From an uncultured Alphaproteobacteria bacterium (GTDB lineage: Bacteria; Pseudomonadota; Alphaproteobacteria; ATCC43930; CGMCC-115725): 64,000 nucleotides of DNA. Position 1 is the stretch's first letter. Every line of letters starts with the position of its first letter. A program made the translations under genes and the position numbers. Location of the stretch: positions 130,911 to 194,910 of the forward strand of contig CAVTRO010000006.1 of NCBI GenBank assembly GCA_963737145.1, given 5' to 3'. This document shows positions 20,750 through 30,433 of the stretch, piece by piece. Below the pieces are notes generated by a model. That model was given only the letters and a program-made list of their open reading frames with translations, did not search any database and had not been told where the DNA came from.

Positions 20750-22040
20750 GCGATCAGGCCGAGCTTGTAGATGCCCTTCAGCTGGGCCTCGGCGTCCTTG
20801 ATGACCTCCTTGGTCGAGGCGCCGGCACAAGCCTTGGCGAACATGTCGACGACGACGTATTTGGCGACACTCTCGGCCAGCCGGCGGTCGGGCGGCGCCG
20901 GCCAGCCCGGCAAATGCGCGTGCCGAGCGCATCGCGGTAAGGGAAGTTGCGCGGCTCGACATTCCACATCGGCGCGTTGTCGTAGCCGTGCAGCAACGGC
21001 TGATAATAGCTGACCGCGACGTCATACCAGCCGCCCAGCTGCTTTGGTTCCATCAGCCAGCGCATGAAGTCGTGCGCTTCCTTCTCCTGCGGGCGAGAAA
21101 TTGAAGATCGAATGGCTGATCGCGTCAAGAAGATGGAAGCGACCCTTCGGCCCGGCCGGGTTCAGCGCCTGCTCGGTGACCTTGGCGATATCGGGGAAAT
21201 TCGCGCTTGGCGAACCAAAGGATGCTTTCGGCATTGTTGGTGCACGAGATCTGCTCGGCCATCCACGCCTTGTTGTTGCTCGACGTCGGTCCAGCCGAGC
21301 ACGTCCTCGAGCATCGTATCCTTGAAGAATTTCCGCGGCGAAATCGACGGCGCGCGCGGTCTCGTCCGAATTGATCGTGACGGTCTTGCCGTCTTCGGCC
21401 ACCTCGTGCGCGCCATAGGACCACAGCAGCGGATAAAGCCAGCCGTGGTTGTCGCCAAAGCCGTGGCCGAGCTCGAAACCGAAGGGGTGACCTTTGGCTT
21501 TCAGCTTCTTGCCGACTTCGTAGCAGCTCGTCCCAGGTCTCCGGGAATTTCTTGACGCCGACCTCGGCGAACCAGTCGGTGCGCCAGTTCATCAACTGGC
21601 CGATAGAGCAGAACGGGATCGCCTTCCATTTGCCGTTGACGACACGCCTTTCCCGGGCGGCGTCGTACCAGCCGCCTTGCTCCTTGCCGATCTCCTCGGC
21701 GATATCGCCGACATCGGCATATTTTTCATCGTACAGGAACGGGATCAGGGTCAGGTTCATCGTGATGTCGGCGCCGGACCCGGTCTCGGCGATCGTGGCT
21801 ATGCGCGTCGGCAGGCTGCCGACGCTGGTAATCTCGTAAATGATTTTGACGCCGGTCTCCTTCTCGTAGGCCGGGGCCAGCGTATTCTTCATATACTCGT
21901 CGAATGGCTGGATGAACGAGCTTTCGTGGAGCAGCGTGACCGTCTTGCCCGGCGGCCCGGCCCAAGGCAGGGATCAGCGCCGCGCCGGCGGCGCCGGCCG
22001 CCGCAATCTTCAGAAAACCGCGGCGCGATGTAGCGTCCAT
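20750..22040 (-). pseudogene. CUT1 sugar ABC transporter substrate-binding protein with Tat-type signal, at least 5 frameshifts
   Basis: Tat signal MDATSRRGFLKIAAAGAAGAA from 22040. Conserved blocks are scattered over all three frames (PPGKTVTLLHESSFIQPFDEYMKNTLAPAYEKETG.., VAEDGKTVTINSDETARAVDFAAEI, FFKDTMLEDVLGWTDV, NNKAWMAEQISCTNNAESILWFAKREFP, DIAKVTEQALNPAGPKGRFHLL, KEAHDFMRWLMEPKQLGGWYDV.., AESVAKYVVVDMFAKACAG..IYKLG). The 3' end is approximate. Confidence 0.75.
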
Positions 22041-22153
22041 TCCTCGCACTCCTGCAAGCCGACACCTGAAAATCCGGCGGGATTCAACGCTTCTATAGGC
22101 CGCGCTCCGCCGCGGCAAGCCGGTAACCATCGGCCTCGGCTAGAACCCCGGGG

Positions 22154-23361
22154 CTAGAACAAGGTCCCGTCGCTGATGATCGTGAGAGGTGGGGCGCCGT
22201 CCGGCCGGCGTTCGCGCGCAATTTCCCGTCCGGCCGCCCAGCTGCCGCCTTCGAGGACGCGGGCGAGCGGGAATTCCTCGGCGGTTTTGCCGAGGCGCTC
22301 GCGCACCCCGACGGCCAGTCGATCCAAGCAGCGCGACGGTCAGCGCCCGCCATTCGACGACGGGCTCGCTCAGCGCGTCGAGGGGGCGCCGCAGAAGCGT
22401 CGGGGTCGCGCGGCTCGATGATGCCGCAATCGATGAAGAGGCCGCCGTTGCGGTATTCGGCGAGGCCGGTGAGGCCGTCGATCTCCTTGACCCGCAACCC
22501 CGCGGCCTCGAGCGGCTCGACGAGCGAATAGGTGAGCCATTGGCTGAGCTTGTGAAACGGTACGAGCCCATTACCGGGTATTGCCGGATGGCGGCCGCAA
22601 TCACCGAGCGGCACGCCGGCGAGACTGATGCGCCCCGGCCAGATCGGCCCGAACAACTGCAGCAAAGTGCGCAGGATTTCGGGGGCGCGTCAGCTCCTCG
22701 CGCCGGGCCGCCCAGTAATCGTAAAGATTACCCGGCCGCGCTGCAGTGCCGAAGAAGGCTGGGTTGGCGGCGCAAACCTCGCCCAGCCGACGCAGCAACG
22801 CCGCGCGCCCTTCGATCCCGGCGAGTTCGTTGCCCGGGGCGTGCTGGAAGGCTCGGCGCCAGCGCCTCCGTCGTGATCCGCGACAGCGCTGCGGCGTCGG
22901 CCCGCCATGGCTGGGCGGGATCGGCGGAAAACAGCCCTGATTGCATCGCGCGCAGGCTCGCCACCGCGAGCCCCTCGGAACGTGAGAGGATCTGGCCGGT
23001 CTCCGCCTCGTGAAAGCGCCAGCGCGGCGCCTGCCCCGGCATCGAGGAGGACCGAGACGACGGCGAGATCGATCCGGGCCCGAGCCGCCTCGTCTGGTTC
23101 GGCACCGGGCGCGACTTGCGCCGCGCGGTCGACCCCTCCGGCCGAGAAATGCCGCCATCGGCTGTGATAGGGCACGTCGAGATCGGGATAGCGCCGTCGC
23201 GTGATCTCGACGACGCGGCGGACCGCTTCGTCCAGCCGCGCCATAACGAGCCGAAAATGCCGGGTCTCGCCACGCTCGGCAGCGGCAAAGACGATGCCGC
23301 AGCGGTCCCGGACGGCCGCCGCGGTCAGCAGTTCCGAAGGTTCGTCAGTCGTCGAGAGCAC
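22154..23361 (-). pseudogene. DUF1688 (URC4-like) protein, at least 5 frameshifts
   Basis: Ordered blocks lie in different frames: ..ELLTAAAVRDRCGIVFAAAERGETRHF..YHSRWRHFSAGGVDR.., ..WRFHEAETGQILSRSEGLAVASLRAMQSGLFS.., ..GNELAGIEGRAALLRRLGEVCAANPAFFG..GNLYDYW.., ..LQLFGPIWPGR..FHKLSQWLTYSLVEPLEAAGLRV..AEYRNGGLFID.., and ..EWRALTVALL.. The end is ..APPLTIISDGTLF (stop at 22154). Confidence 0.7.
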
Positions 23362-24598
23362 GACCCCTGATGCCGCTGAGCTCCTCGGGGTCGGGAATCC
23401 CGGCCGGCGCAAAGTAGCCGGCGGCTTTCTTTGCCTCGATTTCGACCGCCGCGTCGAGCGGCACCAGCCGGTCCGGGATCGCGACCTGCTCCACGACCTC
23501 GATGCCCTGTCCGGTCAGCGCGTCACGTTTGAGGTTCGACATCGACACCCAGCGGTCTATCCGGCGGATGCCGAGCCAGTGGAAAACGTCCGGCATCAGC
23601 TCCTGAAACCGCATGTCCTGCACGCCGGCGACGCATTCGGTGCGGCGGAAATAAGTGTCCGCGCGGTCGCCGCCCGATTGGCGCTTGCGGGCGTTGTAGA
23701 CGAGGAATTTGGTGACCTCGCCGAGCGCCCGCCCCTCCTTGCGGTTGTAGACGATGATCCCGACCCCGCCCTGCTGTGCGGTCTCGACGCAGACCTCGAT
23801 CCCGTGGACGAGATAGGGGCGGCAAGTGCAGATGTCCGAGCCGAACACGTCCGACCCGTTGCACTCGTCATGGACACGACAGGCGATGACCGTGCCGGGC
23901 TCGGCGAGCTTCTCCACCTCGCCGAAGAAATAGACGGTCATGCCGCCGATCGGCGGCAGCAAGACCTCGATGTCGGGCCGGGTCACGAGTTCGGGGAACA
24001 TCCCCCCGGTCTCCTCGAACAGGGTGCGCCGCAGATCGGCTTCGGCGACCCCGAAGCGGGCGGCCAGCCCGGGCAGATGCCATACCGAATCGATCGCCGC
24101 CTTGGTGACGCGGATCTCGCCATTGTCGAGCAGAACCTCGCCGTCCGGCCGCAAGGTTCCGTCGGCGAGAAGCGGGCGAAGCTCAGGCGTCGTAATTCGC
24201 GCCCGCGTGACCGCGATCGTCGGACGGATGTCGATGCCGGCGCGGATATGTTCCGCAAAGACCTCGCCGACGAGATGGCCCCAGGGGTCGAACGATACGA
24301 TTTTCGCCGGATCGCCCCATTGGGGATGCGGTCCGATCAGCGTCGCCGGCGCGGTATCGGTGAAATCCGGCCGATGGTCCCGCGCCAAGGCCCGCGTCGC
24401 CACGGCAAGCGCGCGATAAATCGCGTAAGCCCCGGAGTAGGAACCGACAGCGTTGCGGTACCGCGGCTCGGCGGGGCTCGCCACGACGGGCCCGCGTTCG
24501 GCCGGGCTGGACGCGCCCCAACACAGCGGAATGGCGCCCCGGCCAGCGGTTCCAGGGTGGGAAGTCAGACGGATATGACGCGGTGCGGAGTGCTCCAT
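23345..24598 (-). CDS. GTP cyclohydrolase II homologue (URC1-like)
   Basis: Uninterrupted 417-aa ORF with RibA-type zinc/catalytic motifs CRVHDECNGSDVFGSDICTCRPYL and NRKEGRALG. It has a long N-terminal extension, as in URC1-type proteins. Confidence 0.8.
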   Translation of the reverse strand: MEHSAPRHIRLTSHPGTAGRGAIPLCWGASSPAERGPVVASPAEPRYRNAVGSYSGAYAIYRALAVATRALARDHRPDFTDTAPATLIGPHPQWGDPAKIVSFDPWGHLVGEVFAEHIRAGIDIRPTIAVTRARITTPELRPLLADGTLRPDGEVLLDNGEIRVTKAAIDSVWHLPGLAARFGVAEADLRRTLFEETGGMFPELVTRPDIEVLLPPIGGMTVYFFGEVEKLAEPGTVIACRVHDECNGSDVFGSDICTCRPYLVHGIEVCVETAQQGGVGIIVYNRKEGRALGEVTKFLVYNARKRQSGGDRADTYFRRTECVAGVQDMRFQELMPDVFHWLGIRRIDRWVSMSNLKRDALTGQGIEVVEQVAIPDRLVPLDAAVEIEAKKAAGYFAPAGIPDPEELSGIRGRALDD

Positions 24599-24772
24599 GA
24601 CCTTTTCACGCGGGAAAGATCAGAAATGGAGAGCGTAAATGGGGTTATCAACAGCCCGCAACTCGGGGCGGCTCGCGTCACGATGGTGTGAGCGGGTCGA
24701 AATAACCTCCGAGATCGGTTCCGGCGTACTAAGTTAAACTCGTTTTGCGTTCGGTTTCCGGCAATCATCCCC

Positions 24773-25722
24773 ATGACTGAGCCGCCTTCGCAACTGGATC
24801 CGCGCAAGTTTCAGGATCCTTTCACTGACCGCCAAGGGCGAGCGGAGGGCGCAGGTCGCCCTCAGATCGCTGGACACGCTATGGTTCAATACCGGCACGC
24901 TGTGCAACCTGACCTGCCAACATTGCTATATCGAGTCCTCGCCCAAAGAATGACCGGCTGGTCTACCTGACGGCTGCCGAAGTTGCCGAATATCTCGACG
25001 AGATCGAAGCGGGCGGTCTCCCGACGTCGCTGATCGGCTTCACCGGCGGCGAGCCGTTCATGAACCCCGAGCTGCCGGGAATGCTCGAGGATGTCCTTTC
25101 CCGCGATTTCCGCGCGCTGGTTCTGACGAATGCGATGAAGCCGATGGCGAAATGCAAGCCGGCGCTGTTGAAGCTCAGAGACCGCTTTGGCGACCGGCTG
25201 ACGATCCGGGTCTCGATCGACCACTACGGGCCGCAGGTGCACGAGCTGGAACGGGGCGAACGCAGCTGGCGGCCGACAATCGACGGGCTGCTGTGGCTGG
25301 CGCGCAACGGTTTCTCGCCGCATGTTGCCAGCCGCCGGCTTTCGGGAGAGCCGGAAGCGGCGATACGCAGCGGTTTTGCCGGGCTGTTCGCCGAACTCGG
25401 CGTCGCGATCGACGCCGCCGATCCGGTGGCGCTCACGGTGTTTCCGGAAATGGATGCCGGCGCCGATGTTCCCGAGATCACCGAAGCGTGCTGGGGCATT
25501 CTCGGGAAATCGCCGGAGAGCGTCATGTGCTCGACTTCGCGCATGGTCGTGAAGCGCAAGGGCGAAGCGCATCCGGTCGTCCTTGCCTGCACCTTGCTCC
25601 CCTATGATTCCCGCTTCGAGCTCGGCCGGACCCTTGCCGCGGCGAGCGGCGCCGTGCCGCTCAATCATCCCGCACTGCGCCAAGTTCTGCGTCCTCGGCG
25701 GCGGCGCCTGCAGCCGCGGGTG
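24773..25722 (+). pseudogene. Radical SAM protein with Cys-rich C-terminus, 3 frameshifts
   Basis: After frame repair it reads MTEPPSQLDPRKFQDPF / LTAKGERRAQVALRSLDTLWFNTGTLCNLTCQHCYIESSPK / NDRLVYLTAAEV..GGEPFMNPE... / NHPHCAKFCVLGGGACSRG. The CxxxCxxC motif is CNLTCQHC. The joins are near 24828, the AAA run at 24946-48 and the CCC run at 25669-71. Confidence 0.75.
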
Positions 25723-25734
25723 ACGCATTCCGCC

Positions 25735-26385
25735 TCAGAACAGAGTTAATGCCGCGGTTTGTTTGAGGATCTCGTTCGAGCCGTCCCAGATCATCCGCAG
25801 CGCGACGAAGGTGATGATCCCGAGCCCGACCCAGGAGATCCAGAAAAAGCGATCGAGGAGCTTCGCGATGCAGGTCGAGGCGACCCCCATCAGCGCCACC
25901 GAAAGGACAAGCCCGAACGCCAATAGCCAGAAATGATCGCGCGCGATCCCGGCAACCGCCAATACGTTGTCGAGTGACATCGAAACGTCGGCCAGGACGA
26001 TCCGAGTGAGCGCCTCCGTCGGGGTCGTCCGGTGCATGCGGAGCCGGGTGCGCGAGCACTCCGCCCCGCCCAACCCCGCCCGCCCATTGGTCTGGGTCTC
26101 GCGGATCTCGCGATACATTTTCCAGGAGACCCACAGCAGCAGCACGCCTCCCGCCAAGGTCAGGCCGATCACCGCGAGCAGCTGCACGGCAAAATAGGCA
26201 AAGAAGATCCGCAACACGGTCGCGGCGGCGATGCCGAGCACGATGATGCGCCGCCGCCGTTCGACCGGAAGACCCGCCGCCGCTATTCCGACGACGATCG
26301 CGTTGTCTCCGGCGAGCACCACGTCGATGATGACCACCGACAGCAGTGTGCCCAGTTGATTAACGCCGATCAGCACCTTCGCCAC
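25735..26385 (-). CDS. TerC/YjbE family integral membrane protein
   Basis: Duplicated signature motifs VLAGDNAIVVG and SMSLDNVLAVAG within hydrophobic segments. The start is probably GTG 26385, 35 nt from the divergent MFS start. Confidence 0.8.
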   Translation of the reverse strand: MAKVLIGVNQLGTLLSVVIIDVVLAGDNAIVVGIAAAGLPVERRRRIIVLGIAAATVLRIFFAYFAVQLLAVIGLTLAGGVLLLWVSWKMYREIRETQTNGRAGLGGAECSRTRLRMHRTTPTEALTRIVLADVSMSLDNVLAVAGIARDHFWLLAFGLVLSVALMGVASTCIAKLLDRFFWISWVGLGIITFVALRMIWDGSNEILKQTAALTLF

Positions 26386-26420
26386 ATAATCACTGATCTG
26401 CGCACCGTCGAGACCGTCGC

Positions 26421-27582
26421 GATGTCGAGAGCAGTTGTTTTCCGCCCGGCGCTGCGCCTTTCGGCTTTCTACGCCGCGACCTTTCTGGTGACGGGCATTC
26501 AGCTCCCGTTCTGGCCGGTTTGGCTCGCCTCGCGCGGCCTCAGCGCGAGAGAGATCGGCGTCCTGTTGGCCGCGGCGATCTGGGTGAAGGTGCTGGCCAC
26601 CCCGGTGATCGGCGCTGTTGCCGACAAGACAGGAGGGCGTCGCGTGCTGATGGGGGCGCTCGCGGCAGCCGCTCTTGCCGCCTATGCGGGGCTTTTGCCG
26701 GCCAGAAGCTTTTGGCTGCTGATCTCGCTCAACCTCGTCGCGCTGACCGCACAATCGGCGCTGATGCCGCTCGGCGATACGATCACCCTCGCCGCCGTCC
26801 GCTCGGACGGTCTCGATTATGGGCGGATCCGTCTCTGGGGCTCGGTGAGCTTTATCTTCGCCTCGATCGCAAGCGGTGCGGCGCTAGCATCGTCCTCGGG
26901 AGAGCGGGTGCTTCCATTGGTGCTCGGCGCCTCGGTGCTCGTGCTCCTCGCTTGCCTGTGCATCCCGCCGATCCGCCGGATAAAGGGGGCCGCGCGGATC
27001 GCCGGAATCGGCGCCGTCGCCGGCGATCGCAGGTTCTGGATCTTTATCCTTGCCGCGTCCGCTCTGCAGGCGAGCCACCAAGTCTATTATGGCTTCGGAA
27101 CGCTGTACTGGCGCTCGCTGGGTTTCTCGGACACGACGATCGGTTGGCTTTGGGCGGAAGGAGTCCTCGCCGAAATCCTGCTCTTCTGGCAGGGCCAGCG
27201 GCTGCTCGCCCGGCTCGGGCCGATCGGATTGCTCATGCTCGGGGGCGTCGCCGGCATGCTGCGCTGGAGCCTCGCCGGCGTGCTGACCTGGCTCCCGTTC
27301 ATCGCGGCCCTGCAGCTTCTGCACGCCTTCACATTCGGAGCGAGCCACCTCGGGGCGATGCACTTCCTCTCACGTGCGGTGCCGCCCTCGGCAGCGGCAA
27401 GCGCGCAAAGCCTTTATACTGCACTGTCCTCCGGTCTCGGCAGCGGACTTGTAATGGGGATCGCGGGGGCGCTCTATTCAGCCTTTGGCGGAGCCGCCTA
27501 TTCTTTTATGGCCGCGCTCTCCGCGGCTGGGTTAGTGGGAGCAGCGGTATTAGGCTGGACAGCCGAGGGACGGAACCGCTAG
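26421..27582 (+). CDS. MFS transporter (HcaT/MFS_1_like type)
   Basis: From ATG 26421 (MSRAVVFRPALRLSAFYAATFLV..) it has 12 hydrophobic segments. The upstream part of ORF 26032.. is antisense to the TerC gene. Confidence 0.85.
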
Positions 27583-27741
27583 CGCACTTCGGCGTTCGCT
27601 GCAGCAAGAGCGACGTTGTTACGATCCGCCGCGGCATGATCTCCCCTCAACCACCATGCCGCCCGGTCATCGGATCGTGCCGGAGCGCCATGCCGGTTCT
27701 TCCCCCCAACCGGCATGGCGTCGCTCTCGGTCGGCGCCCAG

Positions 27742-28194
27742 CTACTTCGAACACCTCGGGTGGACGCCGTCCACCGCATGGGCGACCACGTAATCGTGAA
27801 ATCCTTTCGTGTCGAGCGTGCTGGCCAACTTCAGCATCTCAGTCGATTGCTGGCAGAATTGTCCGGTCGGAATGAGTGCTTGCTTGCGCGCAGCCTCGTT
27901 GGCGAGACTGGTTTGCCAGGTATCGAAGGCGCTCTTCGCGTTGCGCGCCCCGGTGCGTCGGAAATGCTCGATCATCGCGTTTTGATAGCGCAAGATCGCG
28001 GCCGTGTTGCGCGCCCGAAATTCGCCATAGACGCTATCCCGGCAAGCCGAGCTGATGACCATCAGATTGGTTTGAAACTGCAGAGCCTGCTCCGCTTCGA
28101 TATCCCCCGGCGAGTAGCAATTCCGGTCGGCGGCCGACACTGTCGCGGCCGACGCGGCGGACAGCAATGCCGCAGCCAAAACGACTTTTTTCAT
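27742..28194 (-). CDS. Secreted hypothetical protein
   Basis: Signal peptide MKKVVLAAALLSAASAATVSAA from ATG 28194, then 150 aa with four Cys. I recognise no family. Confidence 0.5.
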   Translation of the reverse strand: MKKVVLAAALLSAASAATVSAADRNCYSPGDIEAEQALQFQTNLMVISSACRDSVYGEFRARNTAAILRYQNAMIEHFRRTGARNAKSAFDTWQTSLANEAARKQALIPTGQFCQQSTEMLKLASTLDTKGFHDYVVAHAVDGVHPRCSK

Positions 28195-28411
28195 CGCAAT
28201 TCCCCAAGATGTCCCCGACACCTCAGCATAACCAAGGAGCTCCCTCAATTTCAAGAGCAACAACGCTCGACCTCGACAAATCTTAAGTACAAAGGTTTGC
28301 CTTCAAAGGTGGAAAAAGTACGCAATAACGCAACCAATGATTGGATAGAGAACCGGCGCGGTCTATCCAAATGAATAGTGGCTAGCGGGAGCTTGACCGG
28401 GAGAGGCGAGA

Positions 28412-29149
28412 ATGGCCGCGATAATTGTCTTGTTCACCGATTTTGGTCTCGAAGGCCCCTATACCGGCCAGGTCAAGACCGTCTTGCACCAGATCGCACC
28501 CGGCGTTCCGGTGGTCGACCTGTTTGCCGACCTGCCCGCGGCAAAGCCCCAGCCTGCAGCCTATCTGCTTGCCGCCTACGGCGCATGGTTTCCGCCCGGT
28601 ACGGTCATTCTCGCAGTGGTCGATCCCGGAGTGGGCGGGCAGCGTGCAGCGTTGGTCGTCGAAGCCGACTCGCGTTGGTATGTCGGTCCGGACAACGGCT
28701 TGCTGGAGCTCGTCGCGCGGCGCGCCGGCCGCGTCCGGAGCTGGGAGGTCTCCGCGCGGCCCGACGCGATATCGGCGAGCTTTCACGGCCGCGATCTGTT
28801 CGCGCCGGCAGCAGGGCTGCTCGCTCGCGGCGAGCCGCCGGGCGACCGGCTCCGTCCCGAGGGGGTATCCCGCCGTCCCGATTGGCCGGACGACCTTGCC
28901 GAAATCGTTTACATCGACAGGTTCGGCAACGCGATGACGGGTCTGCGGGCGGCGTTGATCCCGGACGGGGCGCGACTTGCCGCTGCCGGGCGGGTTCTCG
29001 CGCGCCGGCGGACATTTTCGGAGGTCCCTGAGGGCGAAGCCTTTTGGTACGAGAACTCCAACGGGCTCGCCGAAATCGCCGTGAATGCCGGACGGGCGGA
29101 TGCCGCGCTCGGCCTCGCCGTAGGGAGCCCGGTGGCGATCCTGCCGTGA
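28412..29149 (+). CDS. SAM hydroxide adenosyltransferase / SAM-dependent halogenase family (DUF62) protein
   Basis: N-terminal LFTDFG, then VVDPGVGGQRAALVV, SFHGRDLFAP and C-terminal NSNGLAEIAVNAG motifs, as in the DUF62 fold. Confidence 0.8.
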   Translation: MAAIIVLFTDFGLEGPYTGQVKTVLHQIAPGVPVVDLFADLPAAKPQPAAYLLAAYGAWFPPGTVILAVVDPGVGGQRAALVVEADSRWYVGPDNGLLELVARRAGRVRSWEVSARPDAISASFHGRDLFAPAAGLLARGEPPGDRLRPEGVSRRPDWPDDLAEIVYIDRFGNAMTGLRAALIPDGARLAAAGRVLARRRTFSEVPEGEAFWYENSNGLAEIAVNAGRADAALGLAVGSPVAILP

Positions 29150-29168
29150 TCTCGGCCCAAGACTATTT

Positions 29169-29781
29169 TCAAGGCGGCGGGACGACGATCTTGGCGCCCG
29201 GCGGAACCCTGAGCACGCGACGCTTCTGCAGTCTGTGAACCAGCCACACGGCGACCGTAAAGACGATAAACACGATCAGCATGACGAGACTGAACGAGCG
29301 CACCAGGTGGCCGAGCACGGCGCGGAACGCGTGCCCGAGGAAATAGCCGGCGGCAACAAAGCTGCCGGCCCACAGACCGGCGGCGAGACAATTCAGTATA
29401 AAAAACCGCTTCCAATGAACCGCGCTCAGCCCCATCGCAAAGGAGGAGAAATTGCGGATGCCATAGATAAACCGGAAAGTCAGGATGAAGCCGGCGTTGT
29501 ACCGCTCGAGCCAAAACAAAGCCGATTTCGACCCCGTAACGCCATTTCGGGAACCGGTTGAGCAGCCGCAGGCCGAAATACCGGCCGATCCAGAAATAGG
29601 TCTGATCGCCGGAAAAGCTGCCGAGCCACGTAGCTAGAAAGAGCAGCGCCGGGTTGAGCAGACCCTGCGCCGCGGCGAAGGCGGCAAATAGCACAAAGGT
29701 TTCGCCTTCGAGATACGTCCAGATGAAGGCAATCAGGTAAAAGCAGGCGCCGTTCTCAGCGATCAGCCGGCTGATGTCCAT
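29169..29781 (-). pseudogene. DedA family membrane protein, one frameshift
   Basis: The N-terminal half (MDISRLIAENGACFYLIAFIWTYLEGETFV..GRYFGLRLLNRFPKW) and the C-terminal half (..LFWLERYNAGFILTFRFIYGIRNFSSFAMG..) are in different frames. They join near 29525-29535. Confidence 0.8.
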
Positions 29782-29930
29782 TCCCGACCCAGTTCCTGCT
29801 TGTCAACCGCCCCGGGCCGTCGCTGGAGCGCGTCTGAGATGCACTTTCGACGCCGCGTATGCTAGGGTTTTCCGCGTTCCCCGTCGAGCAAATTCCCGCG
29901 TTACCGAGAAACCAGGCAAGGAGAAGACCG

Positions 29931-30383
29931 ATGGCCGGGTTGTACTTCGAGGAGTTTGAGGAGGGTCAGATCTTCGAACACGCGATCAGCCGGACCGTCA
30001 CCGAAATGGACAATGTGCTCTTCAGCACATTGACGATGAACCCGCAACCGCTGCATTTGGACGAGGAATTCGCCAAACAGACCGAGTTCGGCCAGCGGCT
30101 GGTCAACAGCCTTTTCACGCTCGGTCTGGTCATCGGCATCAGCGTCGGCGAAACGACGCTCGGGACGACGGTCGCCAATCTGGGGATGAGCGATGTCCGG
30201 TTTCCGAAGCCGGTCTTTCACGGCGACACGTTGCGGGCGCGAACGATCGTGAAGTCGAAACGGCGCAGCCAGTCGCGCAAGGACGCCGGGATCGTCGAGT
30301 TCGAGCATCAGGGGATCAACCAGCGCGGCGAAACCGTTGCGATCTGCCGCCGCGCCGGTTTGATGAAGTGCAAGCCCAGATGA
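29931..30383 (+). CDS. MaoC-like (R)-specific enoyl-CoA hydratase/dehydratase
   Basis: 150 aa from [15 protein letters not shown], with a hot-dog fold signature (LHLDEEFA.., [13 protein letters not shown]). Confidence 0.85.
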   Translation: MAGLYFEEFEEGQIFEHAISRTVTEMDNVLFSTLTMNPQPLHLDEEFAKQTEFGQRLVNSLFTLGLVIGISVGETTLGTTVANLGMSDVRFPKPVFHGDTLRARTIVKSKRRSQSRKDAGIVEFEHQGINQRGETVAICRRAGLMKCKPR

Positions 30384-30433
30384 AGTTCAGCCCACATTCA
30401 GCCCACATGAAGTGGCCAGGCGACGGAGGGGTG

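Noticed and set aside
24946-24951. In-frame TGA in the radical SAM gene as a selenocysteine codon.
   Set aside because: The sequence downstream of the TGA continues the conserved protein in a different frame (NDRLVYL..). This is a frameshift at an AAA run and not recoding. No SECIS-like hairpin is evident.
26032-26420. N-terminal extension of the MFS ORF.
   Set aside because: It is antisense to the TerC-family gene. The MFS-like sequence and a plausible ATG begin at 26421.
28412-29149. DUF62 protein as a fluorinase or chlorinase, which would point to a halogenated natural product locus.
   Set aside because: The motifs VVDPGVGGQR and SFHGRD supply the Asp, Arg and His positions that I associate with SAM hydroxide adenosyltransferases. 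There is no extra loop and there are no biosynthetic neighbours. This rests on memory of the family and not on an alignment.
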